NCBI GenBank assembly: GCA_965285935.1
Contig: OZ260666.1
Location: 35,960,001 to 36,024,000, forward strand
Length of the DNA: 64,000 nt
Direction: 5' to 3'
Source of the DNA: Ophelia neglecta
Lineage: Eukaryota
How positions within the stretch are numbered: position 1 is the stretch's first letter; every line of letters starts with the position of its first letter. The notes under the pieces were generated by a model, which was given only the letters and a program-made list of their open reading frames with translations, was not told the origin of the DNA and did no database searches. A program made the translations under genes and the position numbers. This document shows, piece after piece, positions 1-10,671 of this stretch.

Positions 1-1191
1 TGTTCTTGTGGGAATGGGAAGATCTTGCATCATTTTTATGCAGAAACGATGCGCAACTTCGATGAGGTTTAGTTCTGATTTAGACACGTTGGCCCAAAGC
101 TCGCATCCATATAGCGCACGAGGCAGAACCATATGATTGTACAATTTCCGCGCGGTAAGAACCGACAATCCTTTTGGGTTGACCCCTAAACCTGTAAGGG
201 AAATGGCGCCCTGTCGTAGTTTACGAGCAGTTGTTTTGGCTCTTCCTGTATGGTCGTGGGAGGCATTGAGACACCCGCCTACGTGGGTTTCCTCCTCAGA
301 CACGGAGAGTGGGGCGCCATTCAGGAGCCATCTTCTGTCTGCTTTAAGCTTTTTAGACTGCTTCTGACACTCGTTGAATACCATTACAGTTGTCTTCGAT
401 TCGTTGTATTTATATCTCCACGATGTTGCATATTGTTCACATATATATATCAATTGTTGGAGAGCATGTGGGGAAAAGGTATAAGGGCTATGTCATCAGC
501 CTGCTGTACTGAAGCTATGTTGATGTCCCCCAAGGTCGTCCCATGACCGCAATCACGGAGGGTTTTCGTTAGGTCATGAATGTAGGCAAGATACATTCTT
601 GCTCCCAGCACCGAACCTTGCCTACATGATTGGAGTACCTGTATAGGTACAAACCTTTGACCATTCACAACAACACTTGCTGACATTCCATTGTAGGATT
701 CCCTCAAGAGGCGCCACAACCTCCCTCTCAAGCCTAGCTCATACAGCTTGAGGAATAGGCCGTCATGCCATACACAGTCGAAGGCGGTGGAAGCGTCCAA
801 CAAGCACACGTATGCCTTTGTTTGACGTTCTCTGGCGTATGCTATTACCTCCTGTAGAACAAAAGATGTCATTGGGCAGCATCTTTTCTTCTGGTATGCG
901 TTTTGGGAATCTAGCGGAAATGAATCCTCTTGATGAGCGCTAAAATTCTCCCATCTTTTGAGAACAACTTTTTCCAGGAGCTTAAACAGTACAGGGAGCA
1001 AACTACTGCAGCGGTGGTTTTTACGGTCATCAGAATGTTTCCTTTCCCTTTATGCACTGTGACTATCAAACTGTGTTTCTTATCATGCGGAATGTATGTG
1101 AGACGGTATATTGAATTGAAGAGCAAAGCTAGGGATGAAGTCAGGTGTGAACCAGCGAATTTCACATGCTCGTACGTTATACCGTCTGGAC
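1..1191 (-). mobile_element. Non-LTR retrotransposon (LINE, RTE-X/L2-like) ORF2 reverse transcriptase fragment; 5'-truncated, frameshifted, runs off the window
   Basis: Minus strand reads GPDGITYEHVK...IVTVHKGKG, frameshift (~1000-1040), LPVLFKLLEKVV...LDASTAFDCVWHDGLFLKLYELG...RQGSVLG...QADDIAL (YADD-type motif), frameshift (~470), then LQQLIYICEQYATSWRYKYNESKT...LPRALYGCELW. These are non-LTR RT motifs in the expected order. Confidence 0.92.
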
Positions 1192-1228
1192 CACACACGC
1201 ACGCACGCACGCACGCACCCATGCACGC
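1192..1228. repeat. (GCAC)n/(CA)n microsatellite at the LINE truncation point
   Basis: cacacacgcacgcacgcacgcacgcacccatgcacgc. Confidence 0.85.
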
Positions 1229-2353
1229 TTTGGAGACAAATTACACATTATTGGCCACCAGCACACTATGTATTAATCGCGTGGGACATTGTGGATAATC
1301 TCGTACTCAGAATCCCTTGCAGACACTCGCAACGGTCGTTCCGGTTTTATTTGTAACCGAAACAATTAATATCGAATAAACTGAAGCCACTGCGACAGGA
1401 AATTTGGGGGTATTTTTAGGTGTATTTAAAAGATTGTTTGAGCCAAAGGTCTGAATCGGCAGTACACTCACGGAGCTACAACAAACAACGTTGCGCTTAT
1501 TTTACTAAAGTTCAGCCGAAACGAGACATCTAATTATTTATCCAACAGCTTCCGATGTATGACAAGTCAAAATCAATATTTTAACATATATATCTAGACC
1601 TTTTTTTTAGTATCATTATCAATGCCAGATTACTAGTAGTTAAGTAACTGTGAATTGATGTTTGTGGGTCTGCATATGGCGGTTCTTAATAATTTCAGAC
1701 CTATTGATATAAACTTTTTCTTACTTAATGGCTTGAGGTGCCGTATGTTGTTTTGCCTCGCGTGTTTTGTAAGAAACGCCACCAGGCACTCCAAGAGTTT
1801 ATGCCCAAATATGTCCTTAAATATTGTCAAGGCATTACCAACACAGGGGCAATGGAACTATTCGTAGTCCAATTAAAATTGTTGTCATTTGTACTTTGAA
1901 ATTTAAAGTATTAAGTCATTGATATTTGTTCCCCGAGGGTTATGTACAACATGTACAACAACCATTACCAAGGGAGTATGGATGCGGCACATGACCTTAT
2001 AGGATTCATCTGATCAGCCATGCCTCTGTGCAGCTGCGCTCAGGCAAAGAACGCCTATTAGATGATGAGCAACATGTATTGTGACTTAGAGCACTAGCGG
2101 CAAACAAGATACAGAACAGGAGATACTATAGTACTGCTCTACCAGCCCGTCTACAAAGACATCGTAACACTAGCTTACTATAGATACTAGCTGCGCCCCT
2201 TTTGGCAATTCCTTTGGATTAAATTTACCGAGGAACGCTGGGATTTTCAGCAGATGAAATTGAGCGAAAGCAATACAGGGAATTAACGCGTTATCCACTA
2301 GAATATCAGTGAGACTATAACATCCCTCTGTCTAGCAGACCACGAACACGAAG

Positions 2354-2419
2354 ATGGGGCTTGGCGGATGCTACAGCTGCATCAAGTACTTGATGTTTGC
2401 CTTCAATTTCCTGTTCTGG
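2354..2419 (+). CDS. Tetraspanin A coding exon 1 (N-terminus/TM1)
   Basis: aagATGG start; [22 protein letters not shown]; donor gttagt at 2420. Confidence 0.93.
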
Positions 2420-5400
2420 GTTAGTTGATTTTTACAAGACACTCTTCTTTGTCCTGTCACAATAATACATGAATGTGCCGTTATTATATGAACATTGTTA
2501 AAATGGCAGACTATAGTTAGCATGATATGGCATGTCCTTCAAAAGTTTTTGTGGTAGACTCAGATAAAATGGCGATTTCCGTCTCGCCCACAGATGTAAA
2601 CATATTGATCTCTTAGAAGGGGCGTCCCATTTGGTTTCATGGGGACAGGATGTGTATTGTTTTGGCATGCAAAATATTAATCCTGACATTTGCAGAAATT
2701 ATAACAGATCTATTAAACGCGAAGTGAATATAACGGTGTCGTTGTATTTCAAATGACAGAAGGATTCTCAGATGGCGAGCAACAATTTAAATCCGAAGCC
2801 CTCATTGCCTCCACCCCCAAGAAATCAAGGGGAAGCCTCCCAACCCATTTGGTGCCATATTGCTGCCGGCACAGACAGCATTTTGTTAGCTTTCAAACAC
2901 CAGAAATCCATCGTGTTGTCCTTGCATATTTTCAGCAACAAGCAACAATGAAAATATTGTCACGTTGATATAATTTTTAATATGGGATTAGCTTTAGATT
3001 CCGTATTGCACATTCAAAACTCTAGCCACACTATTTCTGAATATTATGTAGTCTCAACTCCTAGCATGATAATGATACATCCACAATCAATAACAACCTT
3101 AATATTGTGATAATTCTCTGGCGATTAGGAAATTAGTCAGGGCATTCGGCCGCAGCATTTGTCAAATACTTTCAACAACTCGAAAATAGAAACAAACGTG
3201 AAGTTGTCCCCAATGGGAGACAGGCCACACAAAAGTGGAAAATGGTGGGCCGGTAAGAATACTTGCAAAAAAAGTTTATCACCGACCAGAAGAAACTAGA
3301 GTCAATAAGGAAGACCAGTCGATTAAATCGGTATGCAATCATCAAAAACCAAACGAGGACTCTTCAATATGTCATGTCTCGTCAGTTATTTAGCAGATTG
3401 ATAACATGCATTATGCGAATGATTATGTATTTGCATAACTCTATCAAATCACTGTTAACAAATTATCCCAGACATACATTCGGACGAAACTCAAATTCGT
3501 TCGAGTCATGATCTATACAAACAAAATGAGTTGATACCCGGCGACAAAACAAAACCATTAACAAGTATTTCTGGATCGATTGGGAAATAATTCATGTGGT
3601 ATTATAGTGGCATAAACATGAACTGTTCCAGAAAAGATGAAATATTCTGTGGCCGTCTTATGCTAATGATGGTGCACAGGGGTTTCGCCTATATTAGCAC
3701 TCAGAAAAACAGCAGCATCCAAAATGTCACAAAATGTTATGCACTTCCCAGGACCTTGAGTGGCCTGTACAAGTCTAGCGCCATCTTATCCATTCATCAC
3801 GTGGATAATCTGGAGCTATCATATATGTGACTCATTGGAACTAATTTGAAACAAGGGTCATCCTCGTCCACAAGTGGAATTAGTTGCATGTTATCAATGG
3901 TGAACATTGAAAGTGTTAATGGTAAATCAAAGTAATAAACAGGGTGAAAGCCTTGTTTCTCTACGTAGGAGCACGTGTGTAAAATAAACAAAAATGAAAA
4001 CGATTAATTGTTTGCATATTAAGGGGTTTTGAACTTGTAACTATTTCGTACATAAGAAGAGATTAGGAACATTTTCCAATTTTATTTGTCTGCATGACAC
4101 CAATGTAGATGTATGGAATCGTTGCAGATGGCTAGACGGGTTTGAAGCAGAACATCTTAATTACTAATATCTTGTCAAAGAGATAGGCGAAAAACGGAAG
4201 TGAATATCCAGCAGACAAAGCAACAGCATTACTAGGGAATTAACGACTAAATAATCCGCAACCGTCTAGTCACAGGCATATCCCCGCAAAAACTTGCGAA
4301 ACCGATCGTTGAACAAGAAAGTGGCTATGGAGATAGGAGACTTGAGACGATGATCAAAATGATATATTGCTTGTTATATGTATTAATAATTATATAAAAA
4401 GCATTGCCAAGATTATAATATTTGTCGGACATTTCTGTATGTGTTCCCTTGTTACCAACCCACAGCTAAATTATTTCAATGACTTTTGGTTTGAATGGAT
4501 GCCATATTTAAGTTATTTTTTCAGCTTATGGGCTGTGCTCTTCTTGGGGCTGGTATATGGGTTCTGGTCGACCCTAACATCAAGAAGTTCTTGGACAACG
4601 CCGATTTGTTTCAGCATCTCTACACGGGGGCATATATCCTCATCGGGGTAGGTGTCCTCATCATGATCATCGGCTTCCTCGGGTGTTGTGGAGCCATCAA
4701 GGAGAGCCAATGTATGCTGGCAATGGTACGTTGTCGTCCTAACATTAAGATATACTTTCCCAGGAGCCGAACAGCTACTAGGAAAGAATGGTACATTCGC
4801 AAAAAGACCGACCTACTGTTGTTAGCCTTCTTCCACTTCCGAAATGAGTATTTTAAGCCAGTAATAGATTTTTTTTTATCTGAGGCCCTGCATTAAATTA
4901 TTTTAGTTAAGGAAAATTATCACTATGTTACATTTTCAAATGATGTTCAATTAAGATGTATTTATGGCCAATGAAACGTAATATTACGCTACAATATATC
5001 CTCTTCGTACGGGTTTGCAACTTGCTTTTAATGAAAGAACTGTTGAAAGGCAAAATATCAATTCATTTGTCGCATCAGGAAATCTAAATCATGATTGGAC
5101 GGTAGTTCCACTTCAGTTAGTTGTTAATTCTTTTATGAATGCAAATGTGTTCCGGATACCCCTAGGAAAACAATAAATTGACTTATCCCCACGCCCGCTC
5201 CCCGGGTAAATCCGAACCTCTCCCGTACCCAATAATCTAATAATGTTTCTACCCGCGGCTCAACCTGACCTATCATTCAGTCTAATTTGACATTGTTCAC
5301 AAAAGCAGCGCCCAGTTGTCACTTTTGAATTGTAAAGGGTTTTAAGAGGAGTTGCTTGGCTTAGTAATGAATCAATTCATTAATATCGAGTCAACTAGAA

Positions 5401-8400
5401 CAGCTTTTGAAGCACCCTGTTCGTTGTAATAGAGGTATAAAAGTTTTGTGCTTACCCATTCAATTAAGCGAATTCCCTTTGACACCCATTTGCCATACTT
5501 TGATCGTTAATGTCATCATTATATTGTTATGGCGGAACTCAATAGTTTTGATCGCCCCAGAGGGGAATCTGCAGAGTTCGGGAGCGAATGACCCAGGTCG
5601 ATTGTAGCTATGAGAATGGTATCATCTGGTGAAGCTTAACCCTCCTCCGCGTACATCAACATCCAACCCGCGCTAGCCAGTATTGAGGGCGCCGCAGCTA
5701 GTAACCACATAAACAGCAGCAATGCCCGAAGGAAATATCAAAATATTGGTCCATCTCTGCCTTGGAGCTGAGTTGACTGGGCATCAACACAAATGGGATT
5801 GTACGCTTTGGTACTAAACCAAACATGCGCGCTTATACCAGTTGACTGCCCGCCAATTTGAACATATATTTATATAAAGATAAGTTACCTATGTGAAGTG
5901 CAAATAAGACAAAATGTATTTGTGATCGTTTGTTGGTCTAACCAGTACCTGGTGATGGAGTAGGTAATCCTTTGCTTCAAACCAGTATCGGTTTATGGCA
6001 AATTGTATCCTGTGGCTAAGTGCCATGAATTCAGTAAAGAAGATACTCCCATTTGTATGTGTTATGATACTTCCAAGAAAGATCGGGAAATGTTAGCCAC
6101 TTTAAACAGTATGCACTGCAATATGCTCTTGTACATGAAAAATTAAGGATTGCGGGATTAAGGGGTTTGTCTACAAAAAAGGCTGACCAGTTCCCTTTTA
6201 ACATCTCTGACTATTATAAACGATGATACGGATGAGATATGCGTAGTCCATCAATCGGTCTGTCAGGACCGAGGTGCCTCAGTGATAAACACATTCTCCA
6301 TTATTGCAAATCAAGATGTTTGCGAAAATATCATGTATTATACTGATGCATGGTAGAAATATATGGTATAATTAGCATATCGAAGTCATTAAAACATTGA
6401 AAAACAAACACTTAAAGAAAAATCGTGCACATAAGTACCACTGGATAGCTTAGTAATATATTACAAATGAACTTAAGTTATTACGTTTGAATGTCGTACG
6501 TAAATTTTAAAAGAGTGGAAACATTAAACCAGTATAATGAGTTCGCTGAGTCCAACTGTGTGGATGTTTGCTAAACGCACGTGCATGTCAAAAGAATTGT
6601 TACCAACAAGTAATTTTTTTGGTGTCTGATTATTTGGGATACATCTTCATGATATTTTAATATGTAGGCAAATTTCCTGACATACACGTTTAAAAAATGT
6701 GGTAAAACAAAACTGTTTTTGCAGTTATTTATCCACTAAAAATTGTGTTTCTTCATATTTGCAGTTTTTCGTATTCCTTTCCATCATCTTTGTTGTTCTG
6801 TTGGCTGTGGGCATCTGGTTTATAGTTGCCAATGCTGATGTAAGTTTCGATGAAGAACAAAATGAATATCTGCAAACATTGGGTCATAATTAGTGTACAC
6901 TAGCAATGATTTCCGAATGCATTAACTAAATAAACATATTTGATTAAGGCATGATGAATACCTATCAACATAGTTTCGCTGTTCAGCACTTTATTCCATG
7001 TAAAGCGCACCACTATTATTCCTCTTGACAAGTATGTACCCAAAGTTGAAACCGCACGTATGCTCTTTTTCATATCCAGTTGCAAGACAAGGTGAGGGTG
7101 GCTTTGACGGAATCTGCCAAAAAGTATGAAAAACAAAAGTTGGCAGAAATATTTATGGATAACGTACAAACGACCGTGAGTAGCAGATTTAAAAACAATC
7201 CATTTGATTGGTACTTTTCGGAAAAAAATCACTGTCAGGTGACCACATTATTTTATAACATATTTTTAATTATAGCGAAACAGCATTCGCCGAAAATGCA
7301 TAGCTCCAACAAAGTATAACTGTTAATGAAACCTTCAAACCAGTTCATTTGTTGTGAACCGAATTCATCAACAAATTATTTTGTACAGTGACATCATCAG
7401 CTCCAGAATAGAAATTCTTTGTCGTCAGCCAAACATGGTAAATTGGTTGACTGTATCTTTGCTCAAGCTTGCCCACTTCTATATGTTGACTGTACATCGG
7501 TTAGCTAAAATGCATAATTTGTTTTCTTACTTTCCTAGTTTGAGTGCTGTGGATCAGCAAGAGGAACAATGGACTACACTGAACATGGCGTCGGTATACC
7601 CAAATCATGCGAAAATAACGGTCAAGTGGTAGGTGATATGTGACATTATCTACATATCCTATCAAAGCAAAAAGGACAAGTTTTAATTGTTCCACGCGGG
7701 AAAGTGAATGCTCCCTAGCGTTTAAAAGTCCAACTATTCTAACTATTCTAAACTAAAGTCAGTCCTCTTTCATTTGTTCATGCGCATAATATGGCCTGTG
7801 GGGAAAGCGGCAGGGCACATTCAGGTTGATACTGGCATTACTTTACACTTTTCTTTACTATTTACTAAAACAACTGGCAGAAGTCAATCTGAATATAATA
7901 CACGAAAGCATACATCCTGAGACCTCTTTTAAGTATCTTGCTTAATGTCTGTTATGTAATGATTCTTCTTAGTTTAGCCATGATATGACTTAGTTATTTA
8001 TAGATGATATTCTATATTCAAGATATAAGTAATATACAGTATCAACCTATCAATCAATGTTTATATATAAACGTTTTTAAACATGTCAAATAACAAAAGA
8101 CAATGTCTTGATGTAGCATTTGTATTAGGTAAATATTTGCGGGTAATCTCCCAAAAAAATAAGGATACACCTAAATTCAAAAGAACCAACTACAAAAGAA
8201 TTAAAATTACAATTACAGAAATAGTGTCTACAAAAGTAAATTTAATTGAACTACATGTCTAAAATAGGAGAGGAAATCTCAAGACAAGGGTAAACATATC
8301 AATGGTAATTCATTTTATTATGTTATATTAATATCAGACAAGAATTATAGCCAAATAATGGACCAAGGTAACAGTTATTGAAACAAGTTTTTCCAGGCGA

Positions 8401-9464
8401 GAATCTTAGACCCTTCTTTAAACTGTGTATCGAAACGTACTTTAATGACGCATGTTTGACCAGTCAAAAAAGCAACTTTCAAGCAGATTTTGCCGAAGTA
8501 TAAACCAGTACAGAAATAGATCCCACGACTGTTATGGGTATTCCCTTTGACGACCATTATACCATTATTGTCAATATATAATCAATAACCTTGGGAATAT
8601 AGGCAATAATGAAATTCTTTATGAAAGAAATTATATGAAAAATTGATCTCTAGCAATCAAAATAGACGCTCACCAGCGACTTTCCCTGGAAATTCCGCTT
8701 GACGGTGCTGACCCCTACCGAATACACTGGAATCGGGGTCAATACCATGTAGCTAAGTGTTAACTGCAGACTTTTCTTCAAACTTAGATAGAGTAAAAAT
8801 TATTTTTATTCGTTGAATTTCTAAAGTTGAAACAAATATCAATGCATCTGATATGCTGGAGTCATGCCATGTTGCACCCTTATGCCAGGTGCACGACCCA
8901 TCGCCAATCACGGTATGCCTCATCAGTGATATTCGTAAATTAGCTAATAAAATGTTCTATATTCTTTTAATGTTGTTTCCAGAAATTGGTTTTCTTTAAG
9001 TTTAAACAAAGCAAACAATAGTTTTATTAAAATCTGAACTCGTTTTGTAGCCGTGTGATGACAAGTTGTTTAGTCACTTGCGAGCCAACACGATATTAGT
9101 CGCTGCAATCTACATTGGAATTGGCAGTGTAATGGTAGGTGTAAAACTATATTAAAATAGATTTTGGTGTATTTGATTCATTCATCACTACTTTTTAACC
9201 CATCATAAGTTTTCATCAATACTCATTGCAATGCAACTAAAATATTAATAATGATAAATCAATATGATTTACAAATTATGGCATTCACTCACCTACCAAA
9301 TCGAATCCTTCACGTTCGTATACTTGCTTCTGTTTTGTAACAATGTTTATTAAAACGCATGCTCTCCCATTTCACCACCACATGCTCGATTATACGTTTC
9401 GTAGGTTTTGGGAATGGTTCTCTCGATGATGTTATGCTGTACCATTCGAGAGGCTGCTGCTTAA
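2354..9464 (+). CDS. Tetraspanin gene A, CD9/CD81-like, 223 aa; join(2354..2419,4525..4725,6765..6839,7080..7175,7539..7628,9051..9134,9405..9464)
   Basis: All introns GT-AG phase 0, 672 nt total. Protein [35 protein letters not shown]...[36 protein letters not shown]...-FECCG...PKSC...-PC...-VLGMVLSMMLCCTIREAAA*: four TM helices, CCG motif, 4-Cys large loop. Confidence 0.95.
3600..3880 (+). mobile_element. Highly decayed CR1-type LINE ORF2 C-terminal remnant
   Basis: Frameshifted pieces MVHRGFA / NVTK(M)L / QDLEWP resemble the CR1 'VQRRAARFV...SVT.ML.DL.WP' region; boundaries approximate. Confidence 0.4.
4525..4725 (+). CDS. Tetraspanin A exon 2 (TM1 end, small loop, TM2)
   Basis: ttttttcag acceptor; [12 protein letters not shown]...[18 protein letters not shown]; donor gtacgt. 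Confidence 0.95.
6765..6839 (+). CDS. Tetraspanin A exon 3 (TM3)
   Basis: atttgcag acceptor; [25 protein letters not shown]; donor gtaagt. Confidence 0.93.
7080..7175 (+). CDS. Tetraspanin A exon 4 (large loop helices A/B)
   Basis: ctttttcatatccag acceptor; LQDKVRVALTESAKKYEKQKLAEIFMDNVQTT; donor gtgagt. Confidence 0.92.
7539..7628 (+). CDS. Tetraspanin A exon 5 (CCG variable region)
   Basis: tttcctag acceptor; FECCGSARGTMDYTEHGVGIPKSCENNGQV; donor gtaggt. Confidence 0.92.
9051..9134 (+). CDS. Tetraspanin A exon 6 (helix E, TM4 start)
   Basis: ttttgtag acceptor; PCDDKLFSHLRANTILVAAIYIGIGSVM; donor gtaggt. Confidence 0.92.
9405..9464 (+). CDS. Tetraspanin A exon 7 (TM4 end, C-tail, stop)
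   Basis: tttcgtag acceptor; VLGMVLSMMLCCTIREAAA-TAA. Confidence 0.92.
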   Translation, partial: VLGMVLSMMLCCTIREAAA

Positions 9465-9901
9465 GGAATTGGCTGGACCATAAACAAATCAGGGTGTGAA
9501 TCAAGCAAAATGGATATAAAATAATACATCTCCTTTCAGTCTTCTTTTAAGTCTAGATTTAAAGCGCTTAAAAACCATTTATATATTATGTTTATAGATT
9601 TATCATTTCATTATGAATTGATACACCTTTTTACTATTTACTTGTTAGGTTTGAGTTTTCCTTCATATTTTTGTTCATTTTGAGAAAAGTGTTACTGTAT
9701 CTATCTACTCGAACAAGGCCAAACCCAGTTAACCCTCGCATGAAATATATTAGTTTGCATGGGGAATATACGTTTTGAAAACGTAATATTAATCATACTG
9801 GTCTTTGACGTCATTTATCATATAAGACTGAACTATTCGGGATATGTAAAGTCATAAAATATTTATAAAATATATATACTGTTGTTTTATTTATGATTTA
9901 G

Positions 9902-10090
9902 AGTTCTGGGACGCCTTTTTCCATGGGTCCGTGTTTCGCAATTCGACGATCAGTAGGAGTGCAGAAGGGACTGTTCTCTGCCTGGTATCCACTTCCTTGT
10001 TCGTCTTTAATGAAAGGGACTCGAAACAATATATCCATATATAATATAAATACTAAATGTGCTTTAAATGTGTTCCTAAGTGGATTTTAA
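9902..10090 (+). pseudogene. Degenerate duplicate of the tetraspanin terminal exon (relic or alternative last exon)
   Basis: After tttag (9897-9901), phase 0 reads SSGTPFSMGPCFAIRRS, colinear without gaps to gene B exon 7 LVGMVFSMLLCCAIRRS (10/17 identical); open to TAA at 10088-10090. Confidence 0.7.
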
Positions 10091-10322
10091 AGGTCAAGTA
10101 ACATACGATGTTTCACAGAGTTACGCTACCGTTCGTACATTTATTCCATAACCACATGTGCCTATTAATACCTGAATTGATGTAAACACTAAATGTATTA
10201 TATATGTCAGTTGTAATTTCTGTACAATTCAACATTTTCAATTAGAAATCAGTATAACAGGACCTAAGAATGCCATTTGCCAATAATTCCCCGTGTTCGG
10301 TGGCAATGAACGCAAACATATA

Positions 10323-10671
10323 CAGTGAAACCTGTCTAATCAGGTCAGTCAAGGAACTGGAAAGAAAACTGACCACGTTATGTGGGTGACCTTAATAGGA
10401 AGGTCAGTTAACGTCTGTAGGCATAAATGAAGATTAGACGATTAAGTGACCATAGTAGGCAGGTGACCTTATTACACGGGTGACCACAAACATGGGTACT
10501 AATGTACATTGAAACTTTTCTGATCAGGTCAGTCAATGGACTGGAAAAAACTGACCACGTTAATAGCCAGGTTAGTAAAAACAGGGTTAAATGGGGTTCG
10601 GGGTATTTAGGAGTGACCCTAGTGAGCAGGTGACCTTACTATACAGGTGACCACAAACGCAGCTTTCAGTG
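10323..10671. mobile_element. pogo/Tigger-like (Tc1-mariner) MITE, dimeric
   Basis: TA|CAGTGAAACCTG...CAGCTTTCAGTG|TA (TIR 10/12, TA TSD); a second internal unit starts ~10505 (tacattgaaacttttctgatcaggtcagtcaa). Confidence 0.75.

Noticed and set aside
137-1356. Plus-strand ORFs over the LINE, and minus-strand ORFs over tetraspanin exons (e.g. 4513-4710, 18856-19041)
   Set aside because: Antisense shadows of real coding sequence.
2753-2968. 71-aa ORF in gene A intron 1
   Set aside because: No recognisable domain, no splice support and no counterpart in the paralogs.
8704-8746. Imperfect hairpin as a possible miRNA
   Set aside because: The stem is too short and matches no miRNA I recognise.
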